Below are positions 1-12,642 of a stretch of DNA of 36,934 nt, piece by piece (within the stretch, counting starts at the first letter, position 1; each line of letters opens with the position of its first letter). Origin of the DNA: Polyangiales bacterium. GTDB lineage: Bacteria > Myxococcota_A > Polyangia > Polyangiales > Houyiibacteriaceae. Where the stretch lies: contig JBGCFM010000199.1 in NCBI GenBank assembly GCA_045106895.1, positions 1 to 36,934 on the forward strand, read 5' to 3'. The position numbers were made by a program, and so were the translations under genes. Below the pieces are notes generated by a model, which was given only the letters and a program-made list of their open reading frames with translations, ran no database searches and was not told where the DNA came from.

Positions 1-1394
1 AGCTCCCTTCGTCCTTCCGTCCCGCCTTTGTATTCGGGGTAGAAGAGCGCGCGGCCGCCGGTTCGTAGTCCGAGTGCGGAGCCGCCTACGACAAGTGTCG
101 GGTAGTCGCGCGCCGTCGCGTGGTGGCCGCATCCGTTGTCGGCAACGTAGGTGATGATCGTGTGGTCGAGCATGCTCCCGTCGCCGTCGACTTCCGGAAT
201 GGAGTCGAGCTGCGCTGCCATGTCGGCGACGGCATCGAGCTCCCGCGCCCACACTTCGCGAAGCTCGTCTCGAACCGACTGTCGAGTATGCGTCGAGCCA
301 CCAGCGTTCCCCTCGCCGCTAAAGCTGTGGATGCTGTCTTCGTCGTGGAGCACGCCCGTCGTTGCTGGGCCCAGCCCATAGGACCATCCCCAGCGTCCGC
401 CGCCGGCGCCCAAGGACACGACGGCGACGCGGCTAAGTTCCGCCTCGAAGGCCGAAGCGACGACACCCATTTGAAAGCGCGCGTATTCAAAGGGGTCAGC
501 GAGGGGGCCAGGACTTTCCGGCGGCGCGCTCAATCGTCCAAATCGATCCATGACTCGACGGCGCAGCAGGTCCAGGTCGGCGAGCTGGTTCTCCGCCGCC
601 GTGAGCATGTTTGCGGCCTGCATGTTGGCTGCACCCAGCTCTTCCAAGACTCGCTGGGCGTCACGTTCCGAAACCTCAAGGAGGCGCTGGCGGTAGTCGA
701 GGGCCTCGAGCCCATCGTCATCGACGAAGGGTTTGATGTACGCGTTCCACGTCGCTTCCGGGGAGTAGAGAACGGGACTGCCCACGCCTACGTCGGCGGC
801 GCACAGACCGTAGCCGATGCCGCGGTTGCCGGATGTGGAGCCGACGCGAATCGCCGAAAGCGGCGCGCGGCGTTCGTCCATTCCGCGTACGGTTTCAAGC
901 CGGGCGAGGTAGTGATCGATGCTCTCGCCCCCTGCTGTGCCCGCGAGTGTGCGCGTCGATGAGAGCACGCCGTGGGATGCGGAGTGACCTCCTCCGGTGA
1001 CCATGGACGAAAGCCCGTACACCATCGCGCAGCGGTCCAAGAGCCCGAGCTCTTCGAAACGCCTCAGCCCGGGTGCGCCGGCGAGCGCGCCGTCGAGTGA
1101 GCGGACTTCGCTGGAGTCTTCGTTCGAGTAGAATCGGTCTGCGTAGCCTGTTCCAAACCAGCGCGTGTCGTCGAAGCTCTCGCCCAGTCCGCCTTCGATG
1201 TGGCTGCGGACCGCCGGAGACATGGTCACGCTTGCGTCATAGCCGTTTCCACTCATCACGAAGATGAAGCGCTTGGCCGACCCCGGCGCGGCGCGGGCGA
1301 CGCGACGAAATGGCGAGAGCGGAGTCGCAGCAAGAGCAGAGCCGCCGAGAGCAGCTGCGCCACCTATGAGTAAATCACGTCGACACAGCTTCAT
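1..1394 (-). CDS. DUF1552-family Tat-exported protein (3' end runs off the window)
   Basis: Absent from the ORF track because no stop falls inside the window. Hand translation from the ATG at 1394 (ATGA overlap with the upstream stop): MKLCRRDLLIGGAAALGG (twin-Arg signal)...AKRFIFVMSGNG...GGGHSASHG...SIDHYLA...GSMLDHTIITYVADNGCGHH...YPTLVVGG. These motifs parallel the DUF1552 protein at 15544-16962. Confidence 0.85.
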   Translation of the reverse strand, partial: MKLCRRDLLIGGAAALGGSALAATPLSPFRRVARAAPGSAKRFIFVMSGNGYDASVTMSPAVRSHIEGGLGESFDDTRWFGTGYADRFYSNEDSSEVRSLDGALAGAPGLRRFEELGLLDRCAMVYGLSSMVTGGGHSASHGVLSSTRTLAGTAGGESIDHYLARLETVRGMDERRAPLSAIRVGSTSGNRGIGYGLCAADVGVGSPVLYSPEATWNAYIKPFVDDDGLEALDYRQRLLEVSERDAQRVLEELGAANMQAANMLTAAENQLADLDLLRRRVMDRFGRLSAPPESPGPLADPFEYARFQMGVVASAFEAELSRVAVVSLGAGGGRWGWSYGLGPATTGVLHDEDSIHSFSGEGNAGGSTHTRQSVRDELREVWARELDAVADMAAQLDSIPEVDGDGSMLDHTIITYVADNGCGHHATARDYPTLVVGGSALGLRTGGRALFYPEYKGGTEGRRE

Positions 1395-4003
1395 CGTTCT
1401 TCTCCGCTTTGTCGCACTAAAAAGCTCTCGTGGGTGAGGAGCGCTTCGAGGGCCCCAAAAAAGGAACCTTCGGCAAAGCCACTCTCCATCGCCGACAGAA
1501 CACAGGCGTCCGCCGGCGTCTCAAAGCGGCCCGCAAAGTAGCGAAAGACATGGCGCAGGAAACAACGGCGCACGTGTGGGTCTTCGGACAAGAGCTGGGT
1601 CAGTTCGAGTGCGTCGCGGACCTCGACGGCGTCTCGACCTGGCCACTGGGAAATGCGCGCGCTTCCATCGGGCGGCTGCCCGTGGTCGTCTTCGCGAACA
1701 AAGCCGGCATGGTTGAAGACCTCGAACGCCAAGCCCAGGTTGTTCATGCGTCCGTGACAGGCCCCGTTGGAGCAACGGGCGTCGCCGGAAGTGCGTTCTG
1801 CCCGAGGCAAGGATAGGTCGCCAAACGTTCGAATGAGAAGGTCGCGGGCTCGGTCGTTGTCCTCAGGCGGGTCGAGCTGCGCTTCAAGGTTGACCAGGTC
1901 GAGTCCGCCGACGTCTTCACAAAAGAGATGCTCGCGAATCCAGTGTCCACGCAAGACCGCGCTTGCGCTCGCCTCGCTGTTTCCTCCGTGCGCCGTCAAC
2001 CAGGTCGGGTGAGTGAGAACTCCGGCACGCTCGCTCGAAGGCATTTGCACCCAGCGCGCGTCGTGCTCCGGCGACGACATCACCACGCTGTCGTCGGCGT
2101 CGTAGAGTTCGCGGGCTTCTTCGATGATGGGGACGTTGTAGACGGCGCCAACGAAGTGCAGCTCTCGAAAGCTGGGGCGCATACATTGGCCCTGGGGACT
2201 GCCGTCGCTCTCAAAACCCGTGAGCATGCAGCGGTCTCCGCCGCAGCAATCTGTACCGTCACATTCAACGGGGTCGCAGGGGCCCGTCGGAAATGAACGG
2301 TAGCCTTCAAAGTTCCCCGCGACGGATGCGGGGACTCGATACTCACGACTGGTGAGTAGCGCGGCCAAAACGTCTGCACCGCGTTCCTCACTTTCGAGCA
2401 CAGTCTTCGCGATGAAATCGTCGAGCTGGTCCACCATGGGTGGTTCGGTATGAGGCGGCCGGTTTGGTGAGGTGCCGGTCTGGGCGAAGCCGTAGCCTCC
2501 ATTAATGGCTCCGGAGGAGAAGCGGTTCACCCAATCGGCGTCCCATCGACTCGTGGCGGAGGGGTCATTCTTGGCAACGCCGGCGGCGTCTCCGTAGTCG
2601 AAAAATTCGCGGAAGAAGGAAGCGATGCGAGGCGCGAGCCAGTGTCGACCACGGCGTCGTCGTATTCGTGCCCCCGGAAAATCGTAGAAGATGTCGGGAC
2701 GTGCCGTCGGCGAGTCCGCCGGGACGACACCACCCACGTACCCCGCGCTGGGGTCTAGAATACTGGCCATGAAGCGCGTCGCGTCGGCCACGCTTGCGAG
2801 GGTTCCAGCGTCGCGCTCCCGCCAGTAGTTCTGAGTCCAAGCCAGCTCCGGGCGCTGGACCGCTTCGTTGGCGCTCGCGTTGTTCGGAGACGCGGTAGAA
2901 AGAGCGGAGGCGAGAGCCAGGGACCACTCATCGGGCTGAAGCTCTCCGGCCTCGTTGCCAACGGCGGAGCGGTGGAGGCTCCCGTACATCATCATCGACG
3001 CCTCGAGAATATGGGCGAGAGTGCGAGGCCGGTGCGCTTGCTCCGTCTCGCTCATGAGCTCTTCGTCGAGGAATGGTCGCAGGACTTGGAGCTCCGCCTC
3101 CGTAGGGCGGCGCTGAAACGAATGGCGTTCCAGGAGCAAGGTGAGGTAGCGCTCCTTGCAAAGAGTGTCGGCGAGCACTTCTTCCGCCGAACGTCGGCCG
3201 TTCATGATGCAGTCGAGCTCGCTTCGCTGACCCTCTTCGAGCCCCCGCATCCACAGACGATTGGGGGAATTGTCGCGCTCACGATCACGTCGAAAGTCCT
3301 GCGTGAGCATCAATGCATCGATGTGAAGACCAAGCGTCGTGCTGTTCAGCGCGTGATCTTGAGTCTGCGTCGAGTACGGCGCCCCCGGCGCCAAGGGCGT
3401 GGCGCGAAGAGGCGCGTCTTGCAACGATCCTCCGGCGCGATGGACAAATTCATCGCGCGAGAGCAGCGCGTGGCTCGGCGCCCAAGGTGCGGGTGCGGTG
3501 CAGGTGAAGAGTTCGTCTTGGTCAAGGGAGTTGGGCGCCGCGGCGAGCTCCGCGGGAAGGTCGATGCAATCGGTTCTTGTCCCTTCTTCCACCCACCGCT
3601 CGATCATGGCGATGACCTCTGCGGGGTTTTCATGGCGCGTTGGCGGCATGATGCGTGATGGGTCCTCGGGGTCGATGCGACGCATCACGCGTCCATCCGC
3701 GTCGAAGGCACCGCTCGCGGCAAGGGCCGGCAGGCTCGCCGCCGAGAGCACGGGACGGAGCGCGCCGACGGGGCCGTGGCAACCTGCGTGACTGCAGGTT
3801 GTTTCGATCCACGCGCCCACGCGTCGCTGAAGAGAGGCCTGGGACTCCGTGCAGCCGTTCAGCGGCGTGCCCCCGTCGCCACCGTCGACGGATGCATCGA
3901 TCCCGGGGCCGTCGCCGATGGAGCCCACACATCCGGTGAGAACGAAGCAGAGGGCCAGGTGCGCCAGCGGCGACCCGTTTTCGAAACTCGGTCTCATACT
4001 CAT
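1391..4003 (-). CDS. Lipoprotein with N-terminal cytochrome c-like domain and DUF1592/DUF1588/DUF1585-type C-terminal domains (870 aa)
   Basis: Start placed at ATG 4003 (ATGA overlap with the upstream gene). Lipobox VLTGC. Class I cytochrome c-like segment CSHAGCH...IMPP...MIERWVEEG. DUF1588-type ERAGVLTHP..L, LRGHWIREHLFC, CSNGACH..MNNLGLAFEVFN..G..R. C-terminal VRRCF.RHVFRYFAGR. Confidence 0.85.
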   Translation of the reverse strand: MSMRPSFENGSPLAHLALCFVLTGCVGSIGDGPGIDASVDGGDGGTPLNGCTESQASLQRRVGAWIETTCSHAGCHGPVGALRPVLSAASLPALAASGAFDADGRVMRRIDPEDPSRIMPPTRHENPAEVIAMIERWVEEGTRTDCIDLPAELAAAPNSLDQDELFTCTAPAPWAPSHALLSRDEFVHRAGGSLQDAPLRATPLAPGAPYSTQTQDHALNSTTLGLHIDALMLTQDFRRDRERDNSPNRLWMRGLEEGQRSELDCIMNGRRSAEEVLADTLCKERYLTLLLERHSFQRRPTEAELQVLRPFLDEELMSETEQAHRPRTLAHILEASMMMYGSLHRSAVGNEAGELQPDEWSLALASALSTASPNNASANEAVQRPELAWTQNYWRERDAGTLASVADATRFMASILDPSAGYVGGVVPADSPTARPDIFYDFPGARIRRRRGRHWLAPRIASFFREFFDYGDAAGVAKNDPSATSRWDADWVNRFSSGAINGGYGFAQTGTSPNRPPHTEPPMVDQLDDFIAKTVLESEERGADVLAALLTSREYRVPASVAGNFEGYRSFPTGPCDPVECDGTDCCGGDRCMLTGFESDGSPQGQCMRPSFRELHFVGAVYNVPIIEEARELYDADDSVVMSSPEHDARWVQMPSSERAGVLTHPTWLTAHGGNSEASASAVLRGHWIREHLFCEDVGGLDLVNLEAQLDPPEDNDRARDLLIRTFGDLSLPRAERTSGDARCSNGACHGRMNNLGLAFEVFNHAGFVREDDHGQPPDGSARISQWPGRDAVEVRDALELTQLLSEDPHVRRCFLRHVFRYFAGRFETPADACVLSAMESGFAEGSFFGALEALLTHESFLVRQSGEER

Positions 4004-5247
4004 CCTTCTTCCAGAAGCGGGCAGCGTTCTGAGGGAGCCGCGTAGCCAAAGACAAAACGTCGCGGAACCTGTCCTTCCGACGAGGACGCCACGCTGCGGA
4101 ACGTGTGGGTGTCGTCGCTGAGCCAATAATGAGGTTCCTCGCGGCTTACCAACCAATACCAACCCCAAGGAGAGCGGGCGGCGGCGGCGAAACGCATAGA
4201 GCGATCGACCTCCTCCTCATTCCAGCTCTCGCCGTCAAAGCGGTGAAGGCCACGTCGGTAGCCGCGCATGCCGACGAAGCCCTCTGATGTCGGGAGGATG
4301 GTGCCGAAGTTCTCCGGCGCCGGCTCCACATTCCAAGTTTCGCCCTCGTCGAAGGAGGTGCAGACCTGCATCTCGCCGCCGGTGATGAGGGTGTTGTGGG
4401 CGTGAGCCTGAGGGACGCGGCAAAGGGCGTCGTAGTCGACCTCGCGAAACGTCAGCCCCTGGTCTTCGCTCAACAAGAGCCAGCGCTCTGACTTGTCCAC
4501 GTTCTCTCCTTCGATGAAGAGACGACCCGTCGAGGAAAAGTAGTGATGCCCGCGGTGGTGGAAGTAGCGACGATCGAGCTCTTCGCCAAACTCGCGCCAC
4601 TCCAGGCCATCCGCCGAGGACATGCGCGGGGCGCGCCCGCGGAGCAGGACGAAGCGTGTTCCATCGAAGATGACGCCCGCGGTGCCGCCAGGAAGAAGCC
4701 CCGTGGAACCATCCGCGTATCGGTAGCTCTCGCCAGAGAGTTGCGTCCAAGTGAGGCCATCCGGCGAGCGCAAAACGTGGCCCGGCGCACCATGGCCCGT
4801 CGACATGACAAAGACCCCATTGCCGAAGGCGGCCCCCTTCAGTGCGTGCTCGTGGTGGTCGCTCGCGTCCGGAGAAAATGTCTGATCCGATGCGACGCTC
4901 TGCATGTGGTCGCAGCTCGTGATGATACGGCCGTGAGCGAGCGCGATGGCGACGGGCACGAGGCCCGGAGGTACCTCCTCAACGGACAAGGGGTCTAAAG
5001 TGAATCCGTCGGGACTCGGTACGTCCGCCTCGCGTGCGTCGCTGGCGACATCTTGGGCCACGACGTCGAAGGGCGTGCTGCTGTCCTCCATGGATACATC
5101 GGGCCTCGAGGCATCCAGACTCGAGGCATCGGCTTCGGAGCCGGCGTCAACGTCGCTGATGGTGGAGCCGCAGCCGCTAAGAAGAGCGATGCTTATCAGG
5201 ATGGAGAGCTGGCGCCTTGAGAACTCGAGAGGATCGAGGAGAAGCAT
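4000..5247 (-). CDS. Lipoprotein with BNR/Asp-box beta-propeller (start uncertain; ORF is open to 5283)
   Basis: Lipobox LLSGC, Asp/Ala/Ser linker, repeated Asp-box motifs SPDGLTW, SADGLEW, SEDQGLTF, SFDEGETW, SDDTHTF, and AFGNGVFV. Confidence 0.75.
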   Translation of the reverse strand: MLLLDPLEFSRRQLSILISIALLSGCGSTISDVDAGSEADASSLDASRPDVSMEDSSTPFDVVAQDVASDAREADVPSPDGFTLDPLSVEEVPPGLVPVAIALAHGRIITSCDHMQSVASDQTFSPDASDHHEHALKGAAFGNGVFVMSTGHGAPGHVLRSPDGLTWTQLSGESYRYADGSTGLLPGGTAGVIFDGTRFVLLRGRAPRMSSADGLEWREFGEELDRRYFHHRGHHYFSSTGRLFIEGENVDKSERWLLLSEDQGLTFREVDYDALCRVPQAHAHNTLITGGEMQVCTSFDEGETWNVEPAPENFGTILPTSEGFVGMRGYRRGLHRFDGESWNEEEVDRSMRFAAAARSPWGWYWLVSREEPHYWLSDDTHTFRSVASSSEGQVPRRFVFGYAAPSERCPLLEEG

Positions 5248-5314
5248 ATCGCGTAGGTGCGCCCCGGGTGACGAACGGCTCAAAAGAACAAATCATCGGC
5301 TCATGTCGACTGCT

Positions 5315-8417
<3,103 letters not shown>

Positions 8418-8527
8418 GCGGTCCGAGGGGCGTTTTGACCCTAGGAGGCGCGGAACGACCAGGTGGCTAGTCGACTCGTCGCTGGTGACAAATGACCTAG
8501 CCACCCGAGGTACGGGATACCCGACAC

Positions 8528-8581
8528 GCTGAGACAAGCCGACCCTCTTGAAGGAGGGTTTCGGCTTCGTTCTCGGCTTTT
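8528..8581 (+). terminator. Long hairpin followed by TTTT; probable intrinsic terminator of katG or of a leader RNA
   Basis: GCTGAGA/TCTCGGC, AAGCCGA/TCGGCTT and CCCTC/GAGGG stack around the loop TTGAAG; TTTT at 8578-8581. Confidence 0.55.
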
Positions 8582-8682
8582 CGTCGTGGTGGTCGGCCCA
8601 CGCGGAGGGTAGCCAGCACATGGCCACGGTTTCTCCCGTCTCCGAATGAGCTGGCCCGATTCTTGAGTAGGCCACGGCAACC

Positions 8683-10098
8683 ATGGCCTCCAAACGCGGA
8701 ATCATCCGGCCTTTTCATTCCACTCTCGTTCTTATCCAACGATTGAGTGACGTCCTGCTCATTGGTCTCGCCCAGTGCTTGGCGATGATGATCTATTTCG
8801 GGCGTCTTGAGTGGTCGGAACCGAACACACTGGCGACGGGCGTGGCCGCGCTCACGTTCTTGTTCTGCGCGGAGGCCGCCGGGCTCTACGAAGGATTTCG
8901 AGGCGTCCCCGTTCGAGACGAGCTCCTACGTATCTGGATTGCCTGGAGCGTCGTCGCGGCGGTTCTCCTCTTTGGAGCGTTCGTTTCGAAGGAGTCGACG
9001 AACTTCAGCCGAGGCATGGTCCTCATTTGGTTCTTCATCGCCCCGACGGTCATCACTCTCTTACGCATCATCAGGCGTACGATCCTGCGTGAAGCGCGGA
9101 AACGAGGTCGCAATACACGCAAAGTCGCGATCCTGGGGCTCACGGACATCGGCGAGAAAGTCGGCCGCCGCATTCAAGAGTCGCCTTGGCTCGGCATGGA
9201 GCTCGTCGGGTTCTTCGAGGACCGCGACGAAGAACGCTGTCACCGAATCTCCGAGTCGATCGGAATCCTCAGCGGCAACTTTGACGCCGCCGTCGAGCTC
9301 GCAAAGTCCGGCGACATCGACCTGCTCTACCTTGCGCTCCCCCTCCGAGCGGAGCCTCGTGTGAAGTCGATTCTCCGCAAGCTCGCCGACACCACGGCGA
9401 GCGTCTACGTGGTCCCTGACTTCTTCGTCTTCGACCTTCTTCATGGTCGCTGGACGAGCCTCGGCGAGCTGCCCGTGGTCAGCGTCTTTGAGACGCCTTT
9501 TCATGGCATCGACGGTTGGCTCAAGCGCATTGAGGACATCATCTTGGGCACGATCTTCGTGACCATCGGGGCGATCCCCATGCTCTTCATCGCCATTGGC
9601 ATCAAGCTGACGAGCAAGGGCCCCGTGTTCTTTCGGCAGCGGCGATACGGGCTCAATGGCGAGGTCATCGATGTGCTGAAGTTCCGCAGCATGACCGTCG
9701 CCGAAGATGGCGATAAGGTCACGCAGGCGACGAAGGGGGACATGCGCATCACGAAGTTTGGCGGCTTCCTCCGGCGCGCTTCACTGGATGAGCTGCCGCA
9801 GCTCTTCCATGTTGTTACCGGCTCGATGAGTCTGGTGGGTCCTCGCCCGCACGCCGTTGCGCACAACGAGGCGTACCGTCAGCGCATTCATGGCTACATG
9901 CTTCGGCACAAAGTGAAGCCAGGCCTCACAGGGTGGGCGCAGGTCAACGGTTGGCGCGGTGAGACGGACACCCTCGAGAAGATGGAACGTCGCATCGAAC
10001 ACGACCTCGACTACATCCGCCGCTGGAACCTCCTCTTCGATCTCAAGATCGTGTTCCTCACGTTCGTGAGCCCGAAGGTCCACCGCAACGCGCGATGA
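8683..10098 (+). CDS. wcaJ: Undecaprenyl-phosphate glucose phosphotransferase (WcaJ/EpsZ-type priming glycosyltransferase)
   Basis: Four N-terminal TM helices, a Rossmann-like middle domain, and a Bac_transf domain: KRIEDI, GPVFFRQRRYG, KFRSM, LRRASLDELPQL, MSLVGPRPHA, VKPGLTGWAQVNGWRGET. Confidence 0.93.
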   Translation: MASKRGIIRPFHSTLVLIQRLSDVLLIGLAQCLAMMIYFGRLEWSEPNTLATGVAALTFLFCAEAAGLYEGFRGVPVRDELLRIWIAWSVVAAVLLFGAFVSKESTNFSRGMVLIWFFIAPTVITLLRIIRRTILREARKRGRNTRKVAILGLTDIGEKVGRRIQESPWLGMELVGFFEDRDEERCHRISESIGILSGNFDAAVELAKSGDIDLLYLALPLRAEPRVKSILRKLADTTASVYVVPDFFVFDLLHGRWTSLGELPVVSVFETPFHGIDGWLKRIEDIILGTIFVTIGAIPMLFIAIGIKLTSKGPVFFRQRRYGLNGEVIDVLKFRSMTVAEDGDKVTQATKGDMRITKFGGFLRRASLDELPQLFHVVTGSMSLVGPRPHAVAHNEAYRQRIHGYMLRHKVKPGLTGWAQVNGWRGETDTLEKMERRIEHDLDYIRRWNLLFDLKIVFLTFVSPKVHRNAR

Positions 10099-11036
10099 AG
10101 CGTCACATCAAGAACATCGTCGCCGGCGCTGCCGTTGGGGCTACGTTGCTGGGCGGCGTCGCGTTCTTCTTCTACCGCCGCCTCCACAAGATCACGTTCA
10201 TCCCGGACCCGCCGAGTCGTTCGCTGAACACGGAGGGGTGGGAAGAGAGCCCATCGTTTGATTCGCTGAGGGTTCTCTTCATCGGCCACAGCCTCATTGG
10301 GACGGAGGCGCCAGCGATGGCCGGCGCGGTGGCACGCAGCCTTGGCATGGAATGGAGTCACGACGTTCAGCTCACGGATGGCGGTTCCCTCGAGGTGAAC
10401 TGGAACAACCCCGACGCCGCCGCCGGAGTGAATGGGCAGGACGCGCTCGACACCGGCGACTACGACGTCGTGGTGTTGACCGAAGCGGTCATTCTGGATG
10501 ACTTCCTTCGCTGGAGCGACCCCTCGGGATACGCCGACCGCTACTACACGCGAGCCCGCGCCTCACGAGACGACATTCGAATGCTCTTCTTCGAAGGGTG
10601 GCACGACCGAGAGAGGCCCCGGACTCGCTATGGGCTGACCTCTCCACCAGAGTGGCGCCAATGGATCGATGACGACCTTGGAAAGTGGGAGTCCATCGTC
10701 GACGGAACGAGCGTCGCCGAGGAGGTGCGAATCATTCCCGGTGGACAGGCGATGGCGCAGCTCAGCGATGCCATCGATCGCGGCGAGCTGCCGGGGGACC
10801 TCACCTTGGATGCGTTCTTCTCAGACACCGTGCATCTCTCGACGCTCGGCAGCTACTACTTGTCCCTCGTTCACGTTTCGGCCATCGCACGCCGCTCTCC
10901 GGTAGGTGCGACGAACCAGGTGCCACACAGCGAGGGCGAAGGTTGGGAGGTCCCGGAAGATGTCGCCTTGGCTCTTCAAGAGCTGGCTTGGCGATGTGTC
11001 CGGGGCTACTCACGCTCCGGCGTGCTTCGCCCCTGA
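10095..11036 (+). CDS. Membrane-anchored SGNH/GDSL-like hydrolase or acyl-modifying protein
   Basis: N-terminal TM helix, block I-like VLFIGHSL, YDVVVLTE, block V-like FSDTVHLSTLGSY. ATGA overlap with wcaJ. Confidence 0.65.
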   Translation: MKRHIKNIVAGAAVGATLLGGVAFFFYRRLHKITFIPDPPSRSLNTEGWEESPSFDSLRVLFIGHSLIGTEAPAMAGAVARSLGMEWSHDVQLTDGGSLEVNWNNPDAAAGVNGQDALDTGDYDVVVLTEAVILDDFLRWSDPSGYADRYYTRARASRDDIRMLFFEGWHDRERPRTRYGLTSPPEWRQWIDDDLGKWESIVDGTSVAEEVRIIPGGQAMAQLSDAIDRGELPGDLTLDAFFSDTVHLSTLGSYYLSLVHVSAIARRSPVGATNQVPHSEGEGWEVPEDVALALQELAWRCVRGYSRSGVLRP

Positions 11037-11048
11037 TAGGAGAGAACG

Positions 11049-12605
11049 ATGAAGGTTGCTATCACCGCTTGCCTCCTCATGGCGTGCGCCGGACACGAGC
11101 AAGCGCCGGACACAGCGTCCGCAAACGCTCAAAGCGCTCTTGCGGGCGGCGCCGACGTTGTTCTCCGCGTCGATGTGGGAGGCACACGCCGAGCGATCTC
11201 GCCTCTGATCTACGGCATCAACGATCACCGTGACATCATGGACTCGCATCCTGGAGTGTTCACGTTTCGTCGCTTCGGCGGCAACCGTAGCAGCGCGTAC
11301 AACTGGGAGAACAACGCCTCCAACGCGGGCGAAGACTACCATCACTCCAGCGACGCGTTCTTTGGCGAGAGCAACGAGCCCGCGCGCTATGTCCTCGACT
11401 TCATCGCGCGCGCGCAACGGGATGGCGCCGAAGCGCTGGTGACGATTCCTCTTCTTGAACGCGTCGCTCGGGATAAAAACGGGCCGGTGGCGCAAGACGA
11501 GATCGCGTCGCGCTTTGTGGTCTCGCGGTCGCGAAGCTCAGGTGAGCCGGTGACCACCCCCGACAGCACCGATGACGTCGTCTACCAGGATGCCTTTGCA
11601 GCGCGCGTGGTCCGTGAGCATCCACGCATCTCCTTTAGCTTGGACAACGAACCAGGCTCCTGGAACGTCACCCATCCACGCATTCATCCTCAACGTGTGA
11701 CCTACGCGGAGCTGATCACGCGCAGCGTCGACTACGCCCGCGCGATTCGGCGAGTTGCGCCAAACTCCACGATCTACGGGCCCGCGAGTTTCGGGCTCGC
11801 GGGCTGGCTGAGCCTCGCGGGAGCTCCCGACGCAGCGGGGCGCGACTTCATCGACGTCTACTTGGACGCGATGGCTCGCGCTGAGACGGGCGGCACTCGT
11901 CTCCTCGATGTCTTCGACGTGCACTTCTACCCGAGTCCGGACTTTGAAGGTCAGCCCATCGCTCAGGTCCATGGAGACGCCGCTGGCGACCTTCGTATGC
12001 AGCTTCCGCGTTCCCTCTACGACGACGGCTATGAAGAGCCGAGCTGGATTGTCCGCGACGTCCTGCATGAGCCGATCAATCTGCTGCCTCGGCTCACGCG
12101 TACGATTCGAGAGCACTACCCCGGCACGAAACTCTCCATCACCGAGTATAACTATGGAGGCGGCGGCGACATCTCTGGAGCCGTCGCTCAAGCAGATGTT
12201 CTTGGCGCCTACGGACGGCACGGCGTGCACGCCGCTGCGTTCTGGGAACTGTGGCAGCAACCGACGGAGTTCATCGTTGCGGCTTTCGATGTGTTTCAAC
12301 GTCCAGGGGACCTTCCGCCTTTTGCTCGAACATCGCTCCCTGCTGAGAGCAACAATGTTGAAAAAGTCGGAGTCTGGGCGAGCGTCGACGAAGCGACGAA
12401 CCGAGTCTCCGTGGTCGTCATTCACCGCAGCCGCGATTCCTTGCGCTTGCGTGTCGACGCCGGGGAAACGAGCGGGGTCGCGCGTCGTGTTGTACTCGGC
12501 GCCTCCAGCTCAAGCCTTCAGGCCGCCGAAGACATTTCGAGCACAAATGGCCACTACGACTTCGTTAGCCGTGGTCCAAGCGTGACCTACTTGAGCATCG
12601 AGTAG
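11049..12605 (+). CDS. Glycoside hydrolase family 44 (endoglucanase/xyloglucanase), lipoprotein
   Basis: Lipobox LMAC; ISPLIYGIN; RFGGNRSSAYNWENNASNAGEDY; LDNEP (acid/base); LLDVFDVHFYP; ITEYNYGG (nucleophile). GGAGAG ribosome-binding site. Confidence 0.92.
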   Translation: MKVAITACLLMACAGHEQAPDTASANAQSALAGGADVVLRVDVGGTRRAISPLIYGINDHRDIMDSHPGVFTFRRFGGNRSSAYNWENNASNAGEDYHHSSDAFFGESNEPARYVLDFIARAQRDGAEALVTIPLLERVARDKNGPVAQDEIASRFVVSRSRSSGEPVTTPDSTDDVVYQDAFAARVVREHPRISFSLDNEPGSWNVTHPRIHPQRVTYAELITRSVDYARAIRRVAPNSTIYGPASFGLAGWLSLAGAPDAAGRDFIDVYLDAMARAETGGTRLLDVFDVHFYPSPDFEGQPIAQVHGDAAGDLRMQLPRSLYDDGYEEPSWIVRDVLHEPINLLPRLTRTIREHYPGTKLSITEYNYGGGGDISGAVAQADVLGAYGRHGVHAAAFWELWQQPTEFIVAAFDVFQRPGDLPPFARTSLPAESNNVEKVGVWASVDEATNRVSVVVIHRSRDSLRLRVDAGETSGVARRVVLGASSSSLQAAEDISSTNGHYDFVSRGPSVTYLSIE

Positions 12606-12606
12606 A

Positions 12607-12636
12607 AGCCCCGTCGTCCCGAAGTCCGCCGGGGCT
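12607..12636. terminator. Hairpin between convergent genes
   Basis: AGCCCCG (12607-12613) pairs with CGGGGCT (12630-12636). No clear U-tract. Confidence 0.4.
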
Positions 12637-12642
12637 CGTCGT

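Noticed and set aside
120..962. 280-aa plus-strand ORF, the longest listed in the first 1.3 kb
   Set aside because: It is the antisense shadow of the minus-strand DUF1552 gene, which the ORF track misses because it has no stop inside the window.
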